Shown: one piece after another, positions 11,337 through 22,037 of the stretch
How the letters are laid out: each line of letters begins with the position of its first letter
Position numbering within the stretch: position 1 is the first letter of the stretch
NCBI GenBank assembly: GCA_964016885.1
Contig: OZ024750.1
Span: forward strand, 34,100,001-34,164,000
Length of the DNA: 64,000 nt
DNA from: Eledone cirrhosa
Taxonomy: Eukaryota
Direction of reading: 5' to 3'
Notes under the pieces: model-generated
Database searches by the model: none
What the model saw: the letters and a program-made list of their open reading frames with translations, nothing else
What the model was told of the DNA's origin: nothing
Made by a program: the position numbers and the translations under genes

Positions 11337-12279
11337 GGAGCCTTGTGGTTCCAGCTGACATGATAAAGAAGACATTGCCTGAGAGGATGGTGAGAGAGAT
11401 GCCATGTTTATGGAAGTAAATCTATTCCACATGTCAACACTATAAATGAAACTTAAGGGTCAGTCCATCTCCGGGTCCTGGTGAATAGGATGGAGAAGAC
11501 ATTACTCTAGAGGATGGTGGGGGAGACATTCTTGATTGGAACAGTCACTCCACCTCACAGAGTTTGCACTTCAGGTAGCTAACTCTGCTCTGATAGCCAG
11601 TGAATAAGGATGTGGTCCAGTGGTGGCCGAAAAACGTCAGAAGTCTCCACTGCTCCAGGCTTAACCACAAACCTATCAGATGCTTTCTATAATGTCCTAA
11701 TAATTATTTATTTTCCAGAAGATATTTTTCAAAAGAACTTCACTAATTTCTTCATCTCTTTCTTAATTATCATGCTAGTGAACCAACAGAAATGGCAGCC
11801 AGCTTAACAGTATTTAATTTCATCACTCTTCTCTATTCAAAATCTATCAAGGTCAGCATTTCCTTTTATCCTTTCAGGATCAATAACATAAATACAATTA
11901 GTGTACTATCCTACTCTTCCCTCCACCCCCTCCACCTACACTCCGCCCCACTCAAGCCCCCACCCACCATTCCATTCCAAATTTCTGGCTTAGTGTTAAT
12001 GTAAGAAGCATTATTGTTGCTTTGATTAAAGTAAAATGTAATGAAGGCTGTTATTAATTTCCTTTGCATAAATGTTCGTTGGTTTAGAGTTTAGTGGTGA
12101 AAAACAAAGTTGAAATATTGCTATTCGTCGTTGAAGCGTATTGATTAGTGATAGCCATTCAATATTCTCACTGAAATATCACTTCTGAAACACTTTTACA
12201 ATATTATTATTTTCTTTTTTTAATACTGATTTGAATGTTTGAATGCCAATATATTTTGGTGTATTGAAAATTTTGAAAG

Positions 12280-12770
12280 TATCATCATTATCATCATCGC
12301 CACCTTCATTATCATCACCATCATCACCATCACCATCATCATCATTATCACCATCACCATCATTATCACCATCACCATCATCATCATCACCATCATCATT
12401 ATCACCATCATCATCATCCCCATCACCATCATTATCACTATCACCATCATTATCACCATCACCATCATTATCACCATCATCACCATCATTATACCATCAT
12501 CACCATCATTATACCATCATCACCATCATCATTATCACCATCACCATCATTATCACCATCACCACCATCATCATTATCACCATCACCATCATTATCACCC
12601 TCATTATCACCATCACCATCATCATCATCACCATCATCATCATTACCATCATCGTCAGTACCATCATCATCATCATCATCACTATCATCAGGATCATTGC
12701 CATCACCATCACTGTTTAACGTCCATTTTCCCCACACCAGCATGGGTTAGACAAATTGTCCCATTGTGAG
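12280..12770 (-). repeat. Compound (CAT/CAC/TAT)n microsatellite forming the expanded (ATG)n tail of a minus-strand family-C SINE/RTE 3' end
   Basis: A ~430-bp triplet tract is followed directly by TTTAACGTCCATTTTCC..AGCATGGGTTAGACAAATTGTCCCAT, the reverse complement of the family tail. Confidence 0.85.
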
Positions 12771-12916
12771 ATAAGTCAGACCAGTTTTATTGATATTGAA
12801 GAAGAATCTGAAGGAAAATTCCATGAGGTGAGGAAAAATAGGACAAATTAATGTTTTTTAAATATTCATTAGTTGAATAAAATTTTGAAGTAGACATGTG
12901 ATCTATTTGAAACACC

Positions 12917-12917
12917 G

Positions 12918-12955
<38 letters not shown>

Positions 12956-13160
12956 ACATACATACATACACACATACACATATACACATATACATATACA
13001 CATATACATATACACATATACACATATACACATATACACATATACACATATACATATACACATATACATATACACATATACATATACACATATACACATA
13101 CACATATACATATACACATATACAGATATACATATATACATATATACATATATATATATA
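12917..13160. repeat. Compound (CA)n/(TACACA)n/(TA)n microsatellite
   Basis: Visible in the sequence. Confidence 0.95.
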
Positions 13161-13369
13161 GTATAGGTAGTACAGTGAAATATTGGTGTTGGTACCAAAT
13201 CAAATACTCTGGGCACATGCAGAGTGTATATAAAAGAAAAAAATGAAGTTTCGTTTATATATGAAAAATATTTTTCTATTATGGAAAAGAATGAAACGAA
13301 ATTTCATTTCTCACTCTTAGTACGGCTGATACTTAAATGTATACATACATTTTTCTATTATATATATAT

Positions 13370-13726
13370 ATCATCATCATCATCATCATCATCATTTTAT
13401 GTCCGCTTTTCCCTGCTTGCAAGGGTGGGACGGGAACTGATTCTGGCTTGATTTCTACAGCTGGATGCCCTTCCTAACACCAACCTCATTTACAGTGAGT
13501 GCTGGGTGCTTTTTTTGCCGTGGCACCTACATGACCACTTTACAGTGGAATGATATGGACCCCAGTCCCTATCATCTCATTTCTACAGCTGAGTAAACTG
13601 GAGCAATGTGAAATAAAGTGTCTTGCTCAAGGAAACAACACATCACCCGGTCTGAGATGTGTTGTTTCCTTGAGCAAGACACTTTATTTCACATTGCTCC
13701 AGTTTACTCAGCTGTAGAAATGAGAT
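13370..13726 (-). mobile_element. Family-C (CORE-type) SINE whose 5' part is folded back as a perfect 71-bp inverted repeat
   Basis: (TCA)n tail at 13370 and body matching the reverse complement of 23570-23930. Arms at 13574-13644 and 13656-13726. Confidence 0.88.
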
Positions 13727-13886
13727 TATATATATATATATATATATATTGTTATGCTTTGGGGGAGCCATGACACGCACCAGTTGCTTTCACTGCAATT
13801 TATTATAAATTAAATTTATAAATTTAAGAATTTATAAATTTCCGGTTGGTTGGTTGGTTCCATAATCGGATGGTTGTTCATATATT

Positions 13887-13929
13887 GTCAAAGTTCTTTC
13901 GTCACACATTCTGTGACCTCTTCAGTGAC
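13887..13929 (-). ncRNA. Minimal type I hammerhead ribozyme motif
   Basis: Minus strand reads GUCA-CUGAAGA-G-GUCACA-GAAUG-UGUGAC-GAAA-GAAC-UU-UGAC. Stem I is GUCA/UGAC, the core is CUGAnGA, stem II is 6 bp, then GAAA, a stunted stem III and an NUH triplet (CUU). Confidence 0.65.
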
Positions 13930-14002
13930 TGGGGATTCTTTTCTTTGTTTTGTGCCTCTCCTTTGTTCTGTCCTACGCCATTTTGTTTTTGTGCGTGTTG
14001 AC

Positions 14003-14045
14003 AACACTGAAGAGGTCACAGAATGTGTGACGAAAGAACTTCGAC
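14003..14045 (+). ncRNA. Second hammerhead core (inverted copy) with a disrupted stem I
   Basis: CUGAAGA (14007-14013), G-GUCACA-GAAUG-UGUGAC, GAAA (14032-14035), GAACUU. The flanks AACA/CGAC do not pair. Confidence 0.45.
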
Positions 14046-14516
14046 AATATATGAACAACCGTCCGGTTATGGAACCAACCAACCAACCGGAAATTTATAA
14101 ACTCTTAAATTTATAAATTTAATTTATAATAAATTGGAGTGAAAGCAACTGGTGCGTGTGTTTCTTATTGGCAACATGACCCTCCCAAAGCATAACAATA
14201 TCGGTTTCAACACACGTTTTCAGATAAATAATCCTGCTAAACAAATTCAGAAACGAAATATATATATATATATATATGTAGATAAATCTACCAAAAGTTT
14301 ACGGTAGTGTCCAATCCGTATGAAGAACTCAATGTAATCCGGATATCATGAAAAGAGAAGATGCATTCAAAAACTACTTTCGGTGAAAAATAAATAATCT
14401 ATAGAATATGCATACCAACTCTAACACATATATATCCTAGAAACGATCGTAAAATAATGAATTTTTTTAAATATAAGGAACTGTTTCTTTGTTTCTTCAT
14501 TATTTTTTTAATAATT

Positions 14517-14547
<31 letters not shown>

Positions 14548-14586
14548 AAATGGGGAGAAGAATACTGCTGGTTGCACATGGATAAC

Positions 14587-14630
<44 letters not shown>

Positions 14631-14883
14631 CACATGAAGTGCTTAATGTTTAGTGATTTGCTTCCTACAGAATAAACTTTAGCTAAGCATATACCCTCCC
14701 CCCTCCCCCCATGATATGGAGACAGCAAAGCAGATAGCTTCCTGTTATTTTCTGGTGTCTAATTTCTATGACTCATAGTTTTCATTTAATATCCTGCTGA
14801 GTTTCACTTTGTTTTTCACCCTTCAGAGATCAATGAATTAAATGCCAACTTATAAACTAAACAAAATAAATAATAATAATGGG

Positions 14884-15061
14884 TTTCATTTATTGGCCAC
14901 AAGGGCTGACATATAGGAAACAATACAAAGACAGGGACAGTGGGTGGGGGTGGTGGGGTGGGGGTGGGGGTTACAATAAGGTTGAGTGAAAATGCACAAT
15001 AATGATTTCATTTATTAGCCACAAGGGCCGACATGTAGGGGACAATACAAAGACAGGGACA
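14884..15061. repeat. ~55-bp direct duplication enclosing a G-run tract
   Basis: TTTCATTTATT(G/A)GCCACAAGGGC(T/C)GACAT..AGG..ACAATACAAAGACAGGGACA at ~14884 and ~15005. Confidence 0.8.
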
Positions 15062-15179
15062 ATAATAAAACCAATTTAACAATGAAAAAAAAAAATCTAT
15101 CTATCTATCTATATACAGGGTGGTCTGAAAGTCTTGTCACCCCCTACCAAAAGGAAAATTATTATTATTATATATTGTA

Positions 15180-15349
15180 AGGCGGTGGATTGGCAGTATC
15201 GGTAGAGGGTCGGATGCCATGCTTTCTATCATAGTTACGTCCCTTAAAGATCTGAGTTCAAATCCCACCGAGGTTAACTTTGCCTTTCATCCTTACGGGG
15301 TCGATAAAATAAAGTACCAGTAATGCACTGGGTAATTGCTCACCTTGTG
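15180..15349 (+). mobile_element. Family-A SINE, 3' tail truncated
   Basis: A box, B box and body are conserved. Confidence 0.88.
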
Positions 15350-15516
15350 GTTACCTCCGATTCAACCCGGAATAACGTACCTATATATATATATATATAT
15401 TTTATTTTCTAACATCTATCTATCTATGAATTGTTTAAAACAATATTTATTTTCTTTTAACTTTTTAAAAAATAAATCTATTCTGATCTGAAATTATTCA
15501 ATTTTATTTCTTTCAA

Positions 15517-15885
15517 AATAATTGTTTCTACTTTTGGTAAAAAGCCAGCAATTACCCCAGTGTATTACTGGTACTTTATTTTATCGACCCCGTAAGGATG
15601 AAAGGCAAAGTTAACCTTGGCGGGATTTGAACTTAGACTGTAAAGGGCTGTAACTCTATGCTGCAAAGTAAGCCTGATACTGCCAAACCACCACCCTTTA
15701 TTTCTTTAATAATAATTGTTTCTACTTTAGGCACAAGGCCAGCAAATACCCAGTGCATTACTGGTACTTTATTTTATCGACCCCGTAAGGATGAAAGACA
15801 AAGTTAACCTCGGCGGGATTTGAACTCAGAATGGCAAGGGCTGTAACTCTTTGCGTAAAAGCATGGCGTCCGACCCTCTACCAAT
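15517..15885 (-). mobile_element. Two adjacent family-A SINEs (~15517-15696 and ~15712-15885)
   Basis: Two reverse-complement copies of the family body and tail. Confidence 0.88.
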
Positions 15886-16611
15886 TCTTTAAAAATAATA
15901 AAATATACCGAAACAAAATGTTGTTTGTGCTGTGTACATAGATTATGAAAAATGGCTTAAAGTCAGATATGTTGTGATCCACTCATTAAATTAAGAATTC
16001 TAAAATTAAATAGAGAAGACAAGCAAGGAGAAAGGAGGTAGTGCTAAATACTGATAGCATATTGTTAACAGTTTGTAGACTTCCTGGCTTTTATATAGGA
16101 ATGCTCTTAATAAGTGCCACTCATACATGCAGGAATACTTTCTCCCTTTACTACTTTCTGCAAGTTCATCTCTTTCTCTTTTTCTAATCACACCTCCCTG
16201 TCTTCTCTTTCTCCACTCACACCTCCCTATCTTTCTCTCTCTCAAACATCCTTCTCTTTGCCACTCACCTCCTTCTCTTTGCCACTCACACTTCCCTTTC
16301 TCACACTTCTCTCACTCTTTCTTCCTCTCAGCTGAAAAACCACCACCACATTAAATAAATTACAAAAAAACAACAAAAACCAACCAACAAAAAGAAGGTA
16401 GTTAATTGGTGTTTGGTGATCAGTGAGTGTTAACTAAATATTTTTTATTAGGACAATTAAAACAGCTGTGGAAACTCAAAGGTCATATTTGTCATTATTT
16501 TCTAGGTTTTTATTTTGGTGAATAGATTTCCTTGAAAGAAAAACTATAGAAGAGTATTTTTGTTTGAAGTAATATCTTTTCTAGCTAACTATTAATCACT
16601 AAATATCAGTT

Positions 16612-16960
16612 TACTAGTACTACTGTTACTGATAATACTACTACTGCTGCTACTACTACTACTACTATTGTTAATACTATCAGCTATTGCTACTACTATT
16701 ACTCTCAGCTATTATTACTACTATTACAGCTACTGCTGCTGTTAATACTATCAGCTATTACTATTATTACTACTACTGCTATAATATCAGCTACTACTAC
16801 TACTACTGCTGCTGCTGCTAATACTACTGCTGCTGCTGCTAATACTATCAGCTACTACTACTACTACTACTGCTGCTGCTAATACTATCAGCTATTACTA
16901 TTACTACTACTGCTGCTAATACTATCAGCTACAACTATTACTACTACTACTACTACTAGT
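16612..16960. repeat. Compound (TAC/TGC/TAT)n trinucleotide tract with recurring AATACTATCAGC
   Basis: Visible in the sequence. Confidence 0.9.
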
Positions 16961-17304
16961 AAGCAGCAGCATATTTTCCATTTTTATTTTAATCTTTCAG
17001 GTGAAGCATTCAATATTTTTTTTTTGTTCAATCCTCACTAAATAGTCATACAATAGTCATACAATATTTTAGATTTTTGAGAGACAAATAAAAAACAACA
17101 CAACACAACAAAATAAAATAGAATAAAAACTGTTTAATATAAAGAAACATCAGGACATAAATAAATAAATAAATAAATGAAAAGGAAATTGTATTTCAGC
17201 TGCTTGATTTTAAATTAATCACTCTGAAGAAGTGTTTAGAATGACCCACATTACTAGATATATCTAATATAATTTACTACCTACATTACTAGATATATAT
17301 AATA

Positions 17305-17640
17305 CTAGCAGTGGTACCCGGCATTGCACGGGATAAGGTATTTTGGAACGCGGGCCGCCAATAGACTTAATCGTGGAAAACCTGCATGCCTGGACAATAT
17401 GTAAAGAAAATAAACCGAATACTCTGATGGCTGGATAATCTTTAAGATTTTCCTCGATGAAGCAGGAAAAATGCAGGTTTTCACCTAATGAGGGCCCAAG
17501 GGGATCAAGAAAATGAATTTTTTTTATGTGCATAATATGCCTTGAAATTTCGGGAAAATCGGTTAGACGTAATGCCTCAAAATAGCCCTAAAAAGCTGAA
17601 AAGATGAAATTTTTCACCTAATGTGGGCCCTAGGCCATAA
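17305..17640 (-). mobile_element. Helitron/Helentron-like non-autonomous element, 3' end
   Basis: Minus strand ends CCCGTGCAATGCCGGG-TACCACTG-CTAG|T, a GC hairpin 8 nt before a CTAG terminus and the established Helitron 3' signature. Internal repeat TTTTCACCTAATG.GGGCCC occurs twice. Confidence 0.65.
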
Positions 17641-17782
17641 ATTACCCACATAACTAGATATACCTAATATAATTTACTACTCACATTCCATACAGTTTCA
17701 ACATTAAAAAAAAAAAACTTTCTATTAATACTTTTCAAAAACCAGTTTAGTTCAAAAGGTAATTTTGGGGGTTATATCTATC

Positions 17783-18350
17783 GCGCCGAGGTTGACTTTA
17801 CCTTTCAACCTTATGGGGGTCGATAAAATAAAGTACCAGTAATGCACTGGGTTTAATTTGTCTTTTCCTTCCCTCCCAAATTGCTGGCCCTATGCTTAAA
17901 TCAGAAATCATATACAAAGGGTGGGGAATTGGCAGTAATCAATAGAGCATCGGACATGTTTTGCAGCATAGAGTTATGACCCTGTGCGTTCTGTGTTCAA
18001 ATCATGCTGAGGTTAGCTTTGCCTTTCATCCTTATGAAGTCGATAAAATAAAGCACCAGTAATACATTGGGGTTGATTTAATTGATTTTTTCCCCCTTCC
18101 TCTCAAATTGTTGGCCTTGTGCCTAAATCAGAAACCATTATTTATATCCAATCCAAGGGCGGTGGATTGACAGTATCGGTAGAGGGTCTGATGCCATGCT
18201 TTGCAGCAAAAAAGTTACGGCCCTTTATGGTCTGAGTTTAAATCCCGCCGAGGTTAACTTTGCCTTTCATCCTTACGGGATTGATAAAATAAAGTACCAG
18301 TAATGCACTGGGATAATTGCTGGCCTTGTGTCAACAGTAGAAACAATTAT
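17783..18350 (+). mobile_element. Cluster of three head-to-tail family-A SINEs (~17783-17910 partial, ~17918-18140, ~18157-18350)
   Basis: Three consecutive bodies. The last is flanked by the direct repeat ATTATTTATATCCAA. Confidence 0.88.
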
Positions 18351-18939
18351 TTATATCCAAATAAAATAAATTAAGATAAATAAAAAGAGAAAAAAATAGA
18401 AAAAAAAAATGAGATAAACTAACATGTATGTCTTAAATCTAATTTACGCAACCAAAGTTTAAACTTATTCTGATTTAATTTCAAAGAAACTAAATGACAA
18501 AAGAATTTGGATCATTAGAATTTTCTCTTACTTTAGGTCACTAATTTTCTTCTACCTGCATTTAGGTTCTGCCAAATGGTTTGATTGATATTTAGAACTG
18601 GCTGTTAGCCAATCATGTAACACCATAGTGTGGATTCAAATGAGCTTTCTAGAAACTTCAGTCTTAATTAAAATCAAATCCCATTTATTTTTATGCTAAT
18701 TAAAATAGAAACTATTATTAACTGGCAATGTTCTTAAGGGTTTAAAAAAAAAAAAAATTCCCCCTCTAGGTAAGCTGACATAAGTATTTTTAATTTTATT
18801 TTTATTTGGAATAGTTTGTACAATCACCAAAAAAATGTATAAATCATTTTTGTTGTTGTGGAATGTATATAAATCATTGTTGTAGAATGTATATAAATCA
18901 GCCTAAAGAATCTTTAAGCCCAACAGCCATCCATAAATA

Positions 18940-19040
18940 CAGGGTGTCCTCAAAAATTGTATACACACTTCAATGGCATTCTAATAAATATTGCTTGTAC
19001 AGGGAATCAAAGTGTGTATACATATTTGGGGGACACCCTG
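18940..19040. mobile_element. Tc1/mariner-type MITE (101 bp)
   Basis: TA|CAGGGTGTCCTCAAAAATTGTATACACACTT...AAGTGTGTATACATATTTGGGGGACACCCTG|TA: ~30-bp terminal inverted repeats with a TA target duplication. Confidence 0.85.
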
Positions 19041-19497
19041 TATATATTAAGTCAATGAACATTATTTTAAAATTCTGTCATGGTTTCCAATTCATTAAAA
19101 TAAAATATATTATAACATGATAATTTGATAAATATATTGAAATTTAATAAAAGGAGTTTTTTTTTGTTTATCATTTTTTTTGTTAGTATTTATCAGGTTC
19201 TAACTGTGGGCTACCCCTTATCAAATGCCTATATTGATAAATGCAATTCATATATTAGTATATTAACACAATTTATATAAAAGAATAGAGGGTAAAAAAA
19301 AGTGTAAGAAGACCTGCATTCATATATTAGTATATAAACAGAATTTATATATAAAAAAGTGAGATCTGCATAGACAATCACATGCCACAACGGGTGCTGG
19401 GGAAGGATAAAAGGTAAAGTTGACCTTACCAGGATTTGAACTTAGAATGTAAAGGGCCACAATTGAATAATAATAATAATTGATAATAATAATAATA

Positions 19498-19686
19498 ATT
19501 ATTATTTCTACTTTAGGCACAAGGACAGCAATTATCCCAGTGTATTACTGGTACTTTATTTTATCGACCCCGTAAGCATGAAAGGCAAAGTTAACCTCGG
19601 CGGGATTTGAACTCAGAATGGCAAGGGCCGTAACTCTATGCGTCAAAGCATGGCGTCCGACCCTCTTCCGATACTGCCAATCCACC
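19498..19686 (-). mobile_element. Family-A SINE, with a second partial copy at ~19405-19460 and a lone piggyBac-MITE end at ~19689-19720
   Basis: Reverse complement of the family consensus. GCTAAAGGGTTAA ends at 19720. Confidence 0.88.
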
Positions 19687-19939
19687 TTTAGTATATATAA
19701 TGTAAATGCTAAAGGGTTAAGTTAGTGAAGTCATCAAAATACAAAACATTAGGTAATTATCTAATAATTTTATATTAACATATATGGCAAAGGTATTGCC
19801 ATGGATAAATGGCCAGCAACACCTGCTTCAGCAGCCACCCCACCTTACAGGGCTTCTTCCTCAGGTGTGTTGCTGTCTTTCTGATTTTGTGGAGGAAATC
19901 AACAGTGGGGACCAAGGATACGAGAGGTGTTGACAGCGA

Positions 19940-20140
19940 CTGCTAGAAATGGGTTAGGCGGGTTGTCCTATTTGAGGTAAGTTGGGTCAGGTGCCTGTGT
20001 CTTACTCATATAGGACTGTTTCTGGCTAGGTTTCTACAGTTGGATGCCCTTCCTCATGCCAACCACATTTAGTGTGTGGACTGGGTACTTTTTGTCGTGA
20101 CCACTTTACAGTGTGGGCTGGGTATATTTTGTTCACAGTG
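19940..20140 (-). mobile_element. Degenerate family-C SINE body and tail
   Basis: ATGGGTTAGGCGGGTTGTCC...TTTCTACAGTTGGATGCCCTTCCTCATGCCAACCAC...GTGGACTGGGTACTTTTT. Confidence 0.7.
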
Positions 20141-20450
20141 CAAGGGTGGTGTGGACAGGAGTGGGTGGGTGTATAATGGTTAAGAGGTGCCTATGTGTAT
20201 GTTTGCGTCTGAGCGTATGGGAAGGTGTATCTTCTTTGTTACATTTCAAAATTTTTGTTGCCATTTCAAATGGTTTTAAAATGTTAAAAAGGATAAACAT
20301 TTTCCCTTTCAGAATAAATAACTAGATAAGAATTAAATTTTAATTTTGTCATTACAGACTATATTTTCTAAGCTAATAAGATATGGGTATTTCTCTAATT
20401 AAAACGAGCAGAAGTATATATTTAATTTCTAACTCCTTTTTATTATTTAT

Positions 20451-20546
20451 TTTAAATAAATAATTGTTTTTACTTTTGGCACAAGGCCAGCAATTACCCA
20501 AATTGCTGGCCTTGTGCCAAAAGTAGAAGCAATTATTTATTTTAAA
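20451..20546. repeat. Palindrome made of two family-A SINE 3' tails (~42-bp arms, 5-nt loop)
   Basis: AAATAAATAATTGTTTTTACTTTTGGCACAAGGCCAGCAATT-ACCCA-AATTGCTGGCCTTGTGCCAAAAGTAGAAGCAATTATTTATTT, with 2 mismatches. Confidence 0.9.
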
Positions 20547-20591
20547 GGGCGATATATCAGTAGTGTCAGACACCATGAGATCCGTTTGAGG

Positions 20592-20850
20592 TCCCTGTTC
20601 TAATTAGTAATTTAAGGACCACATACAGCCTACATATTTGAGATTCCTTGGCAGTATCGTTAGAGCATCACTCACCATGATTTGCAGCTTAGAGTTATGG
20701 CCATTTGCGTTCTGAGTTCAAATCCCACTGAGGTTAACTTTGCCTTTCATTCCTACGGGGCGATCAAATAAAGCACCAGTAATGCACTGGGGTAATTGCT
20801 GGCCATTTATTGTGCCAAAAGTAGAAACAATTAAAAGTAGAAACAATTAT
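20592..20850 (+). mobile_element. Family-A SINE with a ~60-bp 5' extension shared with the copy at 29265-29510
   Basis: TCCCTGTTCTAATTAGTAATTTAAGGACCACATACAGCCTACAT.TTTGAGAT.CTTGGCAGTAT precedes the body in both copies. Confidence 0.85.
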
Positions 20851-21051
20851 TTATTTTAAAGAAAATGATTTCCATCCAATTTTATTTTCATTACAAAATT
20901 AACATGTTACTTCACAAGTGGCACCAAAAGGGTTAACAATTTTTATCCTGGCATTAAACTTGCCCTAGTAATCAGCGATGGATTAAATCCTTTTCAGGTC
21001 ATAAAAACTTGTATATAGTCTGCAAATAATTCTTTTTTTAAATGTAGTGGA

Positions 21052-22032
21052 GTAGTTGATCAGTTTGTCTACCTGGGAAGCACTGTCAATCGATACAGCA
21101 ATCATGATAATGAAATTCCACTCAGGATTAGGAAAGCAAGTGATGCTTTCAGAAAGTTAGAAAGGCACCTCTGGGGTTGGCGAGACACATGCAAGAAGAA
21201 AAAGGTAAAGGTGTACGAGGCATGTGTGCTCTCTTCTCTTCTTTATGCCTGCGTGACCTGGGTCACATATCGACACCACGTTAAACAATTGGAGCATTTC
21301 CATCAGATGTGTCTCAGACGGATCCATGGCGTTCACTGGAAGGACCACATCAGTGATGTTGAGATTTTGGAAAGCTCTCTGTGTGACAGTATAGAAGCTC
21401 TTGTGCTTAAGCAAAGACTCTGATGGAGTGGTCACCTTGCCAGGATGAAGGATTCTAGAATGCCAAAACAACTCTTTTATGGAGAGTTAGTTAAAAGAAA
21501 ACGACCTCCACATAAACCAAAAAAGAGGTATAAGGATTCGTTGAAAGCCTCTTTGAAAGACGCTAACATCTTTGCTGATACATGGGAAAATGTTGCTGCT
21601 GATCGTAATAAATGGAGAAAGACTGTATATAAGGGGAAAGTTGCCTTTGAGGCATCTCGAATCACATACCAGAAAGTAAAAAGGGCTGTGAGGAAAGGCA
21701 TTGCTGTGGCATTTCCAGACAGCGAAGGTCCTCCTATGGCGCTGACATGCAGCGTCTGTACGAGACTCTGCCTCAGCAAAGCTGGACTCGAAAGTCATCT
21801 TTGCAGTCATAAAGTGAGACCAGTGGTTAACTACCAGGCTGCTGTTGGAGATGCTACCCATTATGCCTGCCAAGCATGTGGTAGAGAATGTAGATCAGCA
21901 GGAGGGCTCAAACAACATGCAAAAGTACATGTGAATGTGAATGCCAGTGAATGTTTTGGTTGCCAACTCTGTGCAAGACATTTTAGATTATTGGCTGGGC
22001 TAAAAGGCCACATTCGATTGCAGCACCGTTAA
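21052..22032 (+). pseudogene. 5'-truncated RTE-clade LINE ORF (C-terminal RT/thumb region plus three C2H2 zinc fingers), with one in-frame stop
   Basis: One frame reads VVDQFVYLGS..EIPLRIRKASDAFRKL..KVKVYEACVLSSLLYACVTW..RL*WSGHLARMKDSRMPKQLFYGEL..KRYKDSLK..W...AADRNKWR (RTE motifs). TGA at 21421 replaces the usual Arg. The probable 3' end, with a stem-loop CTCGATAACGAG, is at ~22145-22180. Confidence 0.9.
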
Positions 22033-22037
22033 TTGTT

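Larger units (their letters stand above)
13746..14257. mobile_element. (TA)n-flanked inverted-repeat element, probably the terminal repeat (pLTR) of a Penelope-like retroelement
   Basis: Arms ~13746-13927 and ~14005-14201 are near-perfect reverse complements. Each carries a hammerhead core at its inner end, and there is (TA)n on both sides. Confidence 0.65.

Noticed and set aside
12220-12769. His-rich, Ser/Pro-rich and Asp-rich ORFs
   Set aside because: They are translations of a (CAT/CAC)n microsatellite that is the expanded tail of a retroelement.
21445-22032. Host C2H2 zinc-finger transcription factor gene
   Set aside because: The fingers are in frame with RTE reverse-transcriptase C-terminal motifs and lack TGEKP linkers; this is a truncated LINE.
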